A stretch of 62,144 bases of DNA, the filler included, from Stramenopiles sp. TOSAG23-3 (taxonomy: Eukaryota): the NCBI GenBank assembly GCA_900128585.1. It is 6 parts of 6 records of this genome, joined end to end, with 100 filler letters (N's around TTAATTAATTAA, not from the genome) between each part and the next. Parts side by side here need not be neighbours in the genome. Positions count along the whole stretch, not along the records: positions 37,557 to 56,135 come from LT642424.1; positions 56,236 to 58,138 come from LT645257.1; 4 more parts are not named here. One strand, 5' to 3'. Position 1 is the first letter of the stretch, and each line of letters opens with the position of its first letter. Positions 43,593 through 57,048 of this stretch are shown here, in pieces. The translations under genes and the position numbers were made by a program. The notes beneath the pieces were generated by a model that saw only the letters and a program-made list of their open reading frames with translations, was not told the origin of the DNA and made no database searches.

Positions 43593-46500
43593 TTATATCG
43601 TGGATTTCGGCAAAGTTCCCGATTTAAGCTGTCCAAATTCTTTCTTGCGCCTCGCTGATTTTTTTCTCGGTCTCTGTGGGGCAGCTACCGTAAGTGAGGT
43701 AGTGTTCCCTTGCTGTTTAGCCTGCCGCAGCCGCAGCATCAACAATTTGTTTTGCTCCTCGTTTTGAGCCACCACCGCTTTCATATCCGCTAGTTTCTTC
43801 CTGTTTTTCTCCTTCCGCTTTTCTGCCGTCGCAGAATCGGCTGCCAGGAGCGGGTTATGAACCAATGTAAGCTCGAACATGTTGTTTTCAAGATCAGGAT
43901 CAGTCTCAGTGGATTTCCTGTTACGAAACCTTGCTGCCCCCCACATACGCGCGATGACCTCTGGCGTTTTGCCGTAGATCTCAAACACAAAGACAATCAT
44001 ATAATACGTTAAACTGAAAAAGACAACCACTAAAATCAAATACGTTATTAAATCCCGCTGCCATGCATACGCGCCTGATTTATCGTTTTCAAACCGGTCT
44101 GACTCGAACATGACCCCCGCCAAAGCAACGAGAATCGCAGATGCAAGAAGAACTTGCTCCACAGTGTTGTAGTCCCAGAAATAGTGCCGCTGCTCTTTTT
44201 TCCGATAACCAAAATGTTTGCCTTTTCCGTCGGCGAGACCATACCGTCCAAACTTCACGTCACCCTTCCCGCGCCGTATGCTGTTCTTTCTCTTGCCTGC
44301 TACATAGGACCTAGCGTTTTTTATTCGTTCGTGGATACGGACGTGTTCTGGGTCCCCTTCCTTGGCCTTTAGGGCGTGATTGGCGAGAGCCTCTTGCCGT
44401 TGGGAAGTTGACATGTAAGGTTTGTGCTTTACTTGCAAGACATATGCGATGAACAGCACGAGAACTACCGTTGAGAGCTGAAAGCCTGGGTTGGCCCGGA
44501 ATATCAGCGCCGCCGCAGCGATGGCACCTTTTCTTGCTATAATGAATATTATCCAAAAGGACTTTCCGGGCAAAAAGTGGTAGTACATTTTGTGCAACGC
44601 AACTCTAATCTGGTACACGGCAAAGTTAGAAGACGTCTCCACAGTGTTCCCGATCCCAGCGGCCCGAAGCAGTTGGTCCTCCTTTATCAAAAGCTTCTTG
44701 GAACGAAGAAGGATGAGCATTCCGGCTGGAAACCCGAATGTCATGCCCACTATGGCGACAAGTGCTGGCGTTTTCAGCTGCATCTGAATGTGCCGGGGAT
44801 CATCGCACCGACAAGGGCCACTATCGCAATCGAAAGAGGTGAATTCCGTGTAGAGGTACCCGTCATACGCTCCTGGCAACGGGTTACAATTAAATATCTC
44901 CAACGCTTGCCTTGTCACTGTGACGTAGAGGAAGTACAGCATCAACAAAAAAGTTGCAGTGTAGCGAGAACCCAAAAACTTATCTCTGTTCCTCCACGGC
45001 GTCCCCCTGATTACGTGCTCGTACGTAAGAGTGCATAGCCATGTAAACATCAAGATGCCGCAGCAAATTATCGGGGAGTATATGGCCATATAGAACTTCG
45101 TTACGTACGGAAAGCCTGGTATTAAGCACTCTGGCGCGACTACGTCTATATCGAAGCTAAACACGCTCAAAACACGGTACAACGATTTCAATGTCGGTGG
45201 CCAATCGACATCAGCATCGGAAAACATCGACAAGACTTGGAAATAGTCCCAACCGATGTTGATGAATGCCAGATTAAACTCTTGGCGGTCAAGCTGGTAT
45301 ACCATCACGCAAAGAGCTATTAGCCCGAGCAAAATTAAAACTAAAAATAGTATCGGGTTGCTTGGGCACTCTTCGCATTTGTTGTCAATTCGGTGATGGG
45401 TCCCAGAAGTGCACATGGCACACCGATACCCTGGTGTGCACGAGCACTCGCCGTAAAACTCGCCCGATGACGAATTTCCCTGCGGTGCGCACGATGCGCA
45501 GTCTTCGGGATTCCCGGCTCCACATTCGACCCGTGCCATCACATTGTACATGTTTTCGAGGGTGCTGCCTAGCCGTCCACCGAATTTACTGCACGCACTA
45601 ACCAGACCTGCCGATTTTTGAGAATCTCGGAGGCAGGCTTTCAAACACGATAAACTCTTGGAACGCGGCAACCATTGCGCTTCGCATTGGCATATAGATT
45701 GGACTGCTGCAACACACGCCTCTCCCCCCGATCTAACGCGACACTGCAAGTCTGATGTACATGACGTTTTTCCGGCATTGTTCCGTTCTTCCCAATCTGT
45801 GCATTTATCCTTTTCGTGGAGGTATTCTGGCGCGCAGGAATTGTTTCCTTTGCAAGCTTCTTTCGGGATGCACGCAATGAAATCAAAACACTGCTCTTTT
45901 TGGGTCAGAGAAGGAAACTGCTTTGTTATTGTAGGGCTCGTAAGAAGTCGCGACTTGGGGCATCTCTGTTGTGCTCTCTTAAAATCATCCTTTGCTTTCA
46001 GACCCATAATATCGTCCACGGGCTGCCCCTGGCCTTCTGTGATATCTAAGGGCTCCCTCCAAAAGCCGGACGAACTGCTTGGCCTAAGGGCCGTATTCGG
46101 TACACAACGAGCGCCTTGTGGGCACAGTGCACACAGGTCGCCTTCTTCGCCCCAGTAAACCTGTTGTTTGCCGTTGTTTAAGACTCCCCCTATCTTGCAG
46201 ATTGCATAAATTAAAGACGAATCCATCATTTCCAGAATGGGTATCGTAGTACTTTCTTGGAGAGCAACGGCGAGCGACATGTTCTTTGCCCCCACAACGG
46301 TTTCCGGGGTGGTGCAAGTAACATACGGCAGCCCGTCCATTGGGTGGTATTGGTGCCACTGCGCGTCTGAGCAAGATGTTCCAAACATGGACAGTGTTGC
46401 CTGGGACGGCACCCCTCCAAAGTTTGTGCCTCTGACTTCCAATGTGTCAGCCTGCGCATTGTAGGGCCTTGGGTTCACTTGCTGGATTTCGGGCGGTTGG

Positions 46501-49500
46501 TAATCCCATGGAACATGCTCCGTTGAATCGCGCCCATACACGCTGACTGTAACGGTTAAGTTTCTTCCAAAGCCCAACGGTGCGCATATCGTTATTGTAT
46601 CATGCGCAAAAACGGATTTGCACAGGCACTCATGGTACCTTGTTTGGGCGTCCTGGCACGTTAAGTGGTCTTTTTTAGCCGCTAATGATCCATCAAACGC
46701 AAGAAATGGACCCCTAGAGTCCCACCGCGAGTTTATGCACTTTTCATTTTTCCAAGAGCACTTGTCCGAGTCAACAAGGCTGCACGTCTCCTCTGACTGG
46801 AATAAGGAACACTTTCCCACCCATACTTTCAGGATATGCTTTGCCGGTCCAAAATTAATGCCTTGGAGTGTGATCATTTTCCAATTAGTGCACCTCCGAG
46901 CAAATACATCTGGGTTGTCATTTCTCTCCTGTGCCGACGCAGAGTACACCCGACCTTTCCACGTGTGTAAATTTTCCCAGTCCTGTGCATCACAGCCGTC
47001 AGTGGGGCCTGTGGCGGGAGAAACCGACATGATTGAGGGCGCACCGTAGGAAAATGGCGCGCCTTCGCTTGGAACCCCTGCGACAACGATAACTAGGTGC
47101 AAATTATGCCCAACCCCTTCCGGTATTCTGAACGTAGCCTCCGTATGTGATTTTGACCACTCTTTAGTCTTGTTAATTCGAATGGAACTATCGGGCTCAC
47201 AAAACTTTGAGCTATTCACACAGCGCAGTTCCAAATATGCCGTTGAAAGCGTGGGTGGTCCAAAGTTATCCCCTGCAATCGTGTATGTCAAATAGTCTCC
47301 TGTTTCAGGGTGCCTTCCTGACGTTGGGCTTGTCTTGTTTGGTGTCAAAGAATATATCACTGCTCGGCTGTAAGTAAATGCATCTTCATGCAGATCCGAC
47401 TGCAACGAGCTTGCTTCTACTAACGCACTCATTAATTTCCCTTCCCCTGGAGCAACTGTGCACTGTATGTGTTTGTGGTCTAAAACGTTTGGCGAAGCAC
47501 AGTTGTATGAATTAAGAATGCCGTACTGTTCTTCGGGGAACTTATTTGTGTTTGGGACAAGTCTGACTTCCTGCCCACCCCCACAAAATGTGCCGGTAAG
47601 GAGTTCGTTGTTCTCCGTTAGTGAGCACCCGAAGTTATCACCACGAATATCCAGCAACGCCCCCCCCCGTGGTACTTCCACTCTTTGGAGTAACTGAATG
47701 AATGTTCGGCTTGGAGTACGATAAACTAATCCCACGACCTTCGGGACTCTGCTCGTTGACGAATAATTTCAATAATATGCCTGGTCCCTGGCCGTCCGGC
47801 ATCTTAAATATAATTTTTTCGTCGCTCCAACTGACGATCCTTTTCTCTTCGACTAAATTTAGATCGTCGAATGTTCTTGACTCCCCTTTTCGATAATCAT
47901 TCTGCGAGTCGATTTTCACCGTTATGTTTCCGAAATTCTCAGTGCCAAAGTTTTCTCCTTCAATAACGTAGTTTAGATTACTGTCTTCGCCCTCTCTGCC
48001 ACCGAATGTGCTTACCGAACTGGCCACCTCCCCGGTATGATTTACTCGCATCACTTGTTTCCCGTCAACTACGTAGTTTGCATTTAAAGTCGGGGGCAAA
48101 AAATCAATTTCTGCTTTAACCCCACCCGTGTCTTCTCCTTCTGTCGACGACTTTTGCGACCCTTTCCAGACATGCAAAGGCTGGTGCAACCCCGCCCCTG
48201 CCGGCATTCGAAATACAACCATTACAATATTGCCATCCGCATTCTTTAGGACCGATAATACGTTGCTAAAGTGCCCTGTCACCTTTTCGTCGGTTTTACA
48301 CTCGGCGTTATAAACACATTTCCCCGGCCCTGGGGGCTGCAGGCACATTCCAACGCTTACGCACAATTTGCTTGGGTCCTGGTCAAACCTGTCGCCAGCA
48401 ATCCATATGAGGCTATTGCGAGGATCAGGCTCGTCTTCAACAAAATATTCGTCATCGTAGGATTTTGTAGTGAATTTCAGTTTTCTTAAATTCGTGGCGT
48501 TGTCGCTTATTATAATTGGCGCTAACGTATCGAAGGGGAGAGTGTTTGACCACGCTCTCCCTTTGCTCTCTTTCCCAACTGAAACATTGACGTAGCCGTT
48601 ATTATCGTAAATGTTTGCTTGAATGCTCTTGTGACCATACTGTACAAGGGCGTCAGGGTCCTTGAACACATCGACACCGTTTACATGAAGCTTTCCACAC
48701 CCTTTATTGTTGGTTACAGGTTCCACAGCTGCTGACTCACAAAAATTGTTTCCCTCAATTTTCAAGCGTTTTTGGCAACAATCTTCACCGGAACAATCAC
48801 CTTTGCACTTCGCATTTTCGAAAGTCTCAAGCCGAACGTTGTAAATAACAGGGTCATTGTAATCAAAATATAATTCTTGTCCACCATACACTTCATCGTT
48901 GTTGTCTGCTGAATTTATTCTGACCCTCACGCGCCGGGCTTTCCCAAACCCAACTGGCATATTAAAGGTTAGTTTTTCTATTCCTCCAAACGTTGAATTT
49001 TTACCGACGGGTGCTGTTCGCGGTAAATCTGGGGCAAGAATTTTGTAATTTTTTTCGACGGAAAAATCATCGAACAAGATTTCAACCGTGTTGGGGGCAC
49101 CGGCTTTGCTGTAAAACCCCATGTTTATACCACTCAAAGTAATTTTAATATGTGTTTGGCTCCCTTGCGATTGTTCAAACCCATGTGTTGGGCCAGACTT
49201 TGGTGTAAGGCTGATCAGTTTGGGTTTGGCGTATGAAGTTGTCGCTTTGACATCGTTATTTTTAGCGGACCTTTGTCCGCGGACTTCTATGTACCACAAG
49301 TGTCCTACCCCTTCTTCATCTTGTCCACCAATCCCTGGACTGGTTCTGCAAGTGATTTCCACTGAATCTTTGGTAACCTCGCAGTCTTCAGTTACGTCAT
49401 AGAAATTACCAGCAACGCCGTAAGATACTTTCCCCAAATACGGTCCCGGTGTACCCATGGGCCCGAAGTTTTTCCCTTTCAAAACAACCGTCTGGTTTCC

Positions 49501-52500
49501 CATTTGCGTTAGTTCTTTCCGTTCGGCATCTGGTTCGATAGACTCTAACTCTGGTGGCCCGTACGATGTTGTCGGGGAAACATTTTCTTGACCTCCCACA
49601 TACAGTTTCCACTTCAATTCTTTTCCGGCCCCAGGCCTCAACTTGCATTGGATCTCGGTGTGCGGCGTTAGCATTTGGCAAGCCGACGTCACATTTAGCT
49701 GGTATTCTAGTATTGTTTCTTTGCCGTACGAAATGGAATCTACGTTTCCAACAACAGGTCCAAAGTTGCTTCCACCAAGGATGATGAAGTCGCCCCCCTC
49801 GGTGTTGAATTCGTCAATCTCCACGTTTACTTTCCTGTATTCGCGTATGACGGGCTGGGCATAGCTGCTGGTATGACTGGACTCATCAGATGATTGGCCG
49901 CCAATAGTAATTGTCCAGCTATGCCCTTTTCCCACTCCTGGCCCTGTTAGACACTCCGCCAGAGTATTTGACAATACTTTACAGCATTGGCCTTCGTATC
50001 CATTCCCGTAGTGTACTGTCGGTTTCGATGGGCTGGCAGTAGGGCTGGCAGTATTACAATCAAAAGGCAAAGGGGGGCCAAAATTGATCCCTTTCAGCTC
50101 AATAATAACCCCGCCATCAGTAGGCGACGGGTTAGTCATTCCGGGGCCCGTCACTTCGGTGATTACAGGAGCTTCGTAGGACAAAGTCGTACTGCTTAAC
50201 TCTCCAAGGAGGCCAGAAACGGTGACTTGGACCTTTAGCTCTCTCCCCACTCCTGACTTCGATGTGCACTGAATTTTTGTGTGGTCGGAAACTACACAGT
50301 CTGTGGCAATGAAGCTAAAATCACTGTTAGAATACTCCACAGAAACAATGGTGCCATTAGGCCCAAAATCTTCCCCTGTTATAGTTTGGTTGTCACAGTA
50401 GATGCTTTATAGCTTGACCCAATTAACGGCTCACTTTCAAGGCTTGCAACACTGACGACCCATTCTAATTCTTTCCCCGCTCCCACCACAGAGTCACATT
50501 TAATTTGCGTGTGGTTAATTGCTAGGTGACAACCAACAGCATGGTAAGTCTCACCTTTGTTGTTTTTGTACCTAACTACTGGCTTAACGGCACCATTGCC
50601 AAAATTATTGCCTAATATTGTTATTTGGATCGGCTCCCCCGTAGGAATGAAGTTGTCGAGAGGCACCTCGGTAATTGACGGGGGACTATATGCAGTCTTC
50701 AACTCCGAAAATGGACCGGTTGCGTTGCTGTAGGAAACTCTCCAGCACAGTTTCTCGCCTACTCCAGGCTTTGTCTTGCATGTTATTTTCGTATTCCCTG
50801 TGGGGTCGACATCGCAGTTGTATATTACATAATTAGGAAACTTGGTATTGTACGACGTGTCATTTATGCATGTTGCATATTCAACGATTACAGGAGTAGC
50901 CGCTAGAAGACCATCCATGGCGATCTTAAACCGGGTGGGTCCATAATTGATTCCCTCTAACACAATGTTCTCGTTGCCAGCGGTCTCAAATTTTTGATGT
51001 TGTTCAAAAATTGGCCGGCCAATGTCATTTATGTCCTTTATTTCTATTGTGAACATTGCTTCGTACTCCAATGCTGCCTCGACCCCTTGGCAGGTATTCT
51101 GACCACAATTTCCCCCATCGTTCACCAATATAGATACGCTATATTTGGTGCAATTTTCGTAATCAATGTCGTCGTTTGTGACAAGGTGTTCGTTGTCCTT
51201 TATTTTAAACACGGAAGTGCTGACGTTCGCTGTTGTGTACACACAGAATTCGGACGGTTTGGAAAATGTATACGCTTTGAGTGCATCCGGGTCGAGTGTT
51301 TTCTCTAGAACGTCTAGAACCAATGTCCCGGTAGCTGTTCCTTCGTTCAAAGCAATTTGGGGGAGAAGATCCATGGACGGAGGCTCGTTTCTGTCCAAAA
51401 TCGTTATGGTGACGTCAGCACTTGCACTCGGCGAGCTACGACTCCATACTTTAACCTTCAACACCACTCTGTCCATTGCTTCAAAATTGTACGCAGGGGC
51501 CGATATGTTGTAAAATGTCTGCTGCTCCTGTAAGCTGTACATAGATTTTGAGTGGTTGCCGACTGTACTACTTCCTTTGTATGCTATGACGCTGTCGATT
51601 TCGTAATTACACTTGGTTAAACAAGGTGGGGCGTTGCCTTTCTGGTTGCCCCACTTCTCAACGCTGCTGCCATCGTCTTTGTCATCTTTGTCCACGTCCA
51701 AAGCTAAGAAAGACAATTGATTCTGGTAATCCCTTACTCCATGGGATTTCCCTATACTTGACTCCCATACGGATATTGTGTACTGTTCACTCTTCCAGAA
51801 AGGCGCCTCGTTCACATCCTGCACAATAACTTCGACAATCGCAGCCTTTGATATACTTTCTCCGACAGCACAAAGTATAGAAATGTTCACTGCCGGGGGG
51901 GTGGTCCAGTCCCCGAAAAAGCCCCCTCGCTCGAAATCAAGCCCTTGGGAACTTTTAACCCGCAACTTTCCAGTTGCACGATAATTGTCTCCTCCCTGGT
52001 CTGTCTCTACAAGGTCTTCCACATTGAAGAAAGTCTCCAGCTGGGCTGGAGGCATCTCTCCTGGAAAGGTGTTTCCATTAGTGTGCACGTTAAAAAATAA
52101 ATTATCCGTTGGCGAAGATATCTTCGTCGAGAATGAAATTCCGCTTTTTTTGCTGGAGCACTCTATGCTAGTCACTAATACTTTATTTCCCGTGACGTTC
52201 TCGTCCATATCGACTCTGTAGAACAGTTCATTGAAGATAGGTACGACCGTAGTACTATTAATCGTCCTAATATAGACATAGACAGTATCCGAGACCACAT
52301 TATCTGGGATGGCTTTATCGTTTCTTGTTCGAATTCCCAAACGGTACTTTGTTCCAACAGCTTCTAATCCAGAGGCCTTTATTTGTTCCTGGCTCAGCGT
52401 GTCATTTACTGATATTTTTCCCTCTGTGGAGGACGCCACAAACGTGCGCAGTGTGTCGTTTTCCCAGTTACTGCCATTTTTCTTTTCCCAATTCAATATT

Positions 52501-55500
52501 TCAAATATATAGGTTTTGTTGTTACCTACTTTGTCCTCATCCGCTTGCACAAACGTAGGAGACGATTTCTCTGCGACTGCGCCTGGTGCTGATGCGCACG
52601 TGGGTGACAAAGGCTGTTGTCCACATGCAAATGCTGAAAGATGTTCGCTAACCTGCAACCACGAAGTTTCGTCGGCCTCCTCCGTTGTAGAGCTTAATGT
52701 TGGCGGGTCGTTTACATCTTCCACCTTCAAAACAACCGTTGTCTCCGCGCTCTTGTTGCCCGCATCAAAGGCATTTACGTCAAGGGAATAGATATTCTTT
52801 TTCTCATAGTCAAGGGTGCCACCGCTGTTCAACTTGACAATCCCGTCTGGGGAAATTACGAACAATGGGGTGGTCCCGTCACTTTGATAATATTCCATTG
52901 CAGTATCCATTGCAGGATAATCGAACCTGTACGTAATTTCCGTGCCTTCGGGATCCTTCGCCCCCTTCCCGCTGCTCATATCTAACAATGTTGTGAGCGC
53001 TGCAGAATTCTCTTTGATGCCGTCGACTGTCTTCTCGCCTTTTGTGGTTTTAGAGAAGCCATGACTTACATTGAAAAATGGCGGCTCGTCCTCATCTGAA
53101 ACGTTGACCACAAAACTGCAGTTGATGGCGGGTCCAGCACTTTTGTCGTTATCATCTATCACTATCTTTACAGACAGTTGATCTTTTTTGCACAACTTGC
53201 TCAGTGACGATGGGGAATGGTCGCTAAGAACATCTAAGTGACCACCCAATTTAACTTGGCCTGTAATTTTGTCGATGGTAAAACACGCTTGATCGTCGAC
53301 GTGAGCCAGGTCGAACCGAAACCTACCACTGTCGCCTTCGGGGTCGGTGTAATTAAACGGTGTATCAAAGTCTAAAGCCAACTCCGTGCCGATTACAGTC
53401 GTTTCTGAAACATTTATCTGGACGTTAGAGAGCGCCGTCGGGGGTTCATTTACGTCCATTACCTTGACTGTGATAGTACCGTCCGCTGACAAAGGATCAC
53501 TGCACCCTGGAGAAATACAATTGCTGTGAACTATCCCCGAGTCGTTTACCCTAATCAGGACAGTTACGCTGTTTTCTTCTTCATAATTGAGCCCCCCAGT
53601 TTTTGTCACGTAAACCGTGTAATAGTTCGTTTGGCCACCAAGGACTCGCGTGGTTTTAAAATTTGCGGTTCTGGATTCGTAGGTCAGCCCCGTTGCATTT
53701 TCTTTGTCGGTTGCACGGAATGAGCCGGGGCCTGCCAAATTGGTAGGGCCTTCCAGGTTTTCTTTAATTTCCAAAGTGATGCCAGAAGGAAAAGAGGGTG
53801 CCTCATTTACATCATTCAGTGCAATTTGGAAAGTTTTCGCAGCCACCAAATCACCGTCTGTCACAGTGACTTTGATATTGTACATGTTTGTCCCCAAAAA
53901 ATGATACCTGTCGCTGGGTAAATTTGTTTTAAATATCCCATTTTGCACGGAAAATGGGGCCAGGCGAACTTCCCCGCCTTCACCTAGATTCAAGGATTCA
54001 AAAGCTTTAACATCTTTGAGTTCAAACTCGTTATCGCCGGTGCGTGTAATGTTAAAAAAAGGAGGGAACCTCTTACTTGACGCTTGTCCTGAGTTTACTT
54101 CAGTCAACCCAGTCACGCCGGTAAATATTACCCGGTCATTGTCTTTGAAATTGTGATTTGTGGTCGTGGTCACCTTAGGCTTGATGGGGGGGTTGCTACC
54201 TTGGGCTTGAATTGGTTGCGAGATTGTGCTTACTGCGACTGGCAAGCACGACATACATTTCGCTGACCACTTTAGCGGATCGCCATCTGGGTCTGAGGCC
54301 AGGCGACTAATGTTTGCTTCGCCCCCGGTGTGTAAGTTCGGAACTGTGTTTAAATTTGACAGTTCGTCTACCCGGCATCGATGAGAAGGCCCAACGCAAT
54401 ATTTAGGTGTTTTGCTGAAGACGGGACGCCTGTTCACCTCTATTACGTATATTGGTAGGCACAGGCCGTTCAGCGCTTTGCACTCCGCGGTAAAACTGGC
54501 GTTCGTGCCACACGTAACATTAGTATTGTACTGAGTGGCATTTGCACAAATGGATTCGAACTTTTTGCCTGGTTTGTTTCCAAAGTAGCTGGGGTCATCG
54601 CACACTTTAATGCAAAGGTTCTGCTGTGTCCCGGCACCAGACCGTAGCAAATCAGGGGATTGAACGTATATGTCACCACTGCACTGTGATATCCCGAATG
54701 TGCCCGAAAAAATGGCCGGGGAGGAGGCTACAATGCTATACAAAATATCTTGACCTTCGTCGGGGTCCGATGCCATTGCATCTTTTATTTGAGCGTCCAA
54801 AGCCCATTTCCCATTATTTTCCTTTTTCAAGCTGTAATGCACCCTTTCCCCGGTTTCAGCAAACTCTTCGATTCCCCTCGCGTCCTTTATCCCATCGATT
54901 TCCCATGTCGGAGCATCGTTTACATTCTTCACGTCTACTGTTACCGTACATGTTGCAGAAATATTGGTCTGGTTTCCATCAGGCATATTGACTACCTTGA
55001 CTGTTTTAACGTCGATTTCATATTGTTGGCAGTCGGCAATAGAAATTTCGCCCTTCGTCTCCAACGATCGCCCATTCAGTTGAAAATCGGGGGGGCTACT
55101 GCTGGCCGCCCCTTTCACACATTTTTCACCCTCAATACTGAAGCTTGCGTTGGGGAGCAACGAATTGTTAAAGACTGCATACAGATACCCAGCTGCGACT
55201 GTGTATGTACTTTCCCCGTTCTTTAATGCCACTAATGTATCATAGTTGGTTTTCTCGTACACATGCCCCACCCCCTCGGCATCTTCTCCCTCGGCATCTT
55301 GTCCCTCCTCTCCTGAAGCACAGATTGTTTTCTCGCCCCCGAGCATCTCCCAATGAATAGAGTGCCGCACACCTTCTATACACACGCTGTTTCCCGGGCA
55401 TGGCGTCTGCTTTTCACGGGTGGCTGCTGGGCAGAATGGCTGCTGATCAGAATTTACGTTGCATATGGACATGTGGTTTAGTGAGACTAATGTGGGCTCT

Positions 55501-56135
55501 GTTGACCCTTCTTTGCAAAACACGTTTGCTCCGCCGCACGGTAAACCATCTTTATCATTTGGATCTGTTGCGCCTTTTTTGCTTCCCGCGTTTTCATGAT
55601 CCTTGCTAGGGTCGCCATATCTTCCCGCCGGGCACTCGTGATGCCACCCGTCATATTCAGGGTCATCGGCACCCCCTCCCATACAGTACTCGTAGGGTGG
55701 GCAATCTATTTCGTGGGTTCTTGTTTCCCTGCTCCCATCTGCTGACCCATCTGCAAACGAACCTGCGCTAACCACCTTACTGGAGGACGACCCGCTCGGG
55801 CAAAAACATTTGGAGCCCTCAGTCTGGTTAGTCTTGCACATTGGGTTATCATAACATTTGTGATAACATCGACCGTCATTTTTTTTTTTTTCATTCGAGT
55901 CTACCGGGCCAGGTTTATCCGAGCGTATTTGGTTATCACAGATTTGGTCTCCGCTGCCTTGAAGGCAGTAATAACCTTGTGGGCATACCTTTGCCTCGGA
56001 GGACGATTCCATGGCTCCGCCATAATACCCAGCTTGTATTTCTAATTTACTAATATCGTTGTCCCCGCCCGTCTTGTACGTGTTTAATGTGCCATTATTG
56101 TCCGCGGGGTCGGGGCAGTAGAAACCAGCAAGGCA
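43593..56135 (-). CDS. Giant cadherin + IPT/TIG-repeat + Cys-rich + nine-TM protein (nonagonal-cadherin-like), split into three ORFs by two frameshifts and 5'-truncated
   Basis: Cadherin linkers (NVNDAP, DVNEAP, DVNEPP, LDYE, DPD) in 50379-56012; TIG repeats (G.NFG...C...G.G..L.W) across all three ORFs; nine hydrophobic helices in 43593-47735; frame stays open upstream of ATG 56012 to the contig end (CLAGFYCP...). Confidence 0.88.
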
Positions 56136-56235
56136 NNNNNNNNNNNNNNNNNNNNNNNNNNNNNNNNNNNNNNNNNNNNTTAATTAATTAANNNNNNNNN
56201 NNNNNNNNNNNNNNNNNNNNNNNNNNNNNNNNNNN
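56136..56235. other. Artificial contig-joining linker
   Basis: N44-TTAATTAATTAA-N44. Confidence 0.97.
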
Positions 56236-56343
56236 GAGTTTGGGTTCTTGAACGGTTTTACCTTCTTTTTTCTTTTCTTTTTTGACTTAAAACATACTAA
56301 TATATAATTTGTTTAATTGTTATTAAGTTAGCCAATTTTCTTG
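56236..56343. repeat. End of a dispersed repeat element abutting coding-like sequence
   Basis: Matches 37945-38041 inverted; ends in AGCCAATTTTCTTG at 56330-56343. Confidence 0.7.
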
Positions 56344-56721
56344 ATATCATCAACGGAAACAGCTACCCTTCCGGCACGTACATGGACGAAATGGACGACG
56401 ACGAGCTAGTTGGGGGGGATCCATGTTGGCCCAATGTGTGCCAAATAACTCCCACGCGCCCCATCCATGGCCAGGAAATACCGTGGCAATTCAAAGATGA
56501 AATGGAAGACGAAGAAGCCGGTGGCTTTAGCGTCGAAGCTGGGTACGAGAAAGATGGAGCCAATTTCAAAGTGAAGTGGGAGCAGGAAAATAAGGACTGA
56601 AATGGACGACGAAGAGGACGAGGTCATTGGACTTTATGGACCAGGGGGTCCTCCCAAGCCTCATTGTTGGACAGACCACTCCGATAAGTTCAGACCACTC
56701 CGATGTGTTTATCGTATCTAG
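56343..56721 (+). pseudogene. Fragment of a modular protein (acidic DEM-D/E spacers separating unrelated short peptides) with a 1-nt frameshift
   Basis: DEMDDDELVG, DEMEDEEAGG and, after removing T56598, DEMDDEEDEVIG; ends at TAG 56719-56721. Confidence 0.55.
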
Positions 56722-57048
56722 ATATCTTCGTAATTAAGAAGTATGATAATATGATATTTTACTTCTTAAAAATACGACGGTTCCTTTCATGTTTAATAAA
56801 CGATTAAGCTTAAGGGTAAAGTTAAAAGGAGTTGAAATTCTTATAAACCAAACCTTTACTTCCATTAAAAACCGCACCTTTACCACAGCAGCAAAGCCCC
56901 TCAATGATGATTTTGAATGCCGACCTGAACAACACTTCCCCGCAATCCGAACACTGCTGATCTTTCTTTGAACAATTTCCAAAACAGAAAAACGAGCACC
57001 CTTAAAACATTTACGAAGAAAACTGGTGTGGCGCACGGGCTTCATTTT

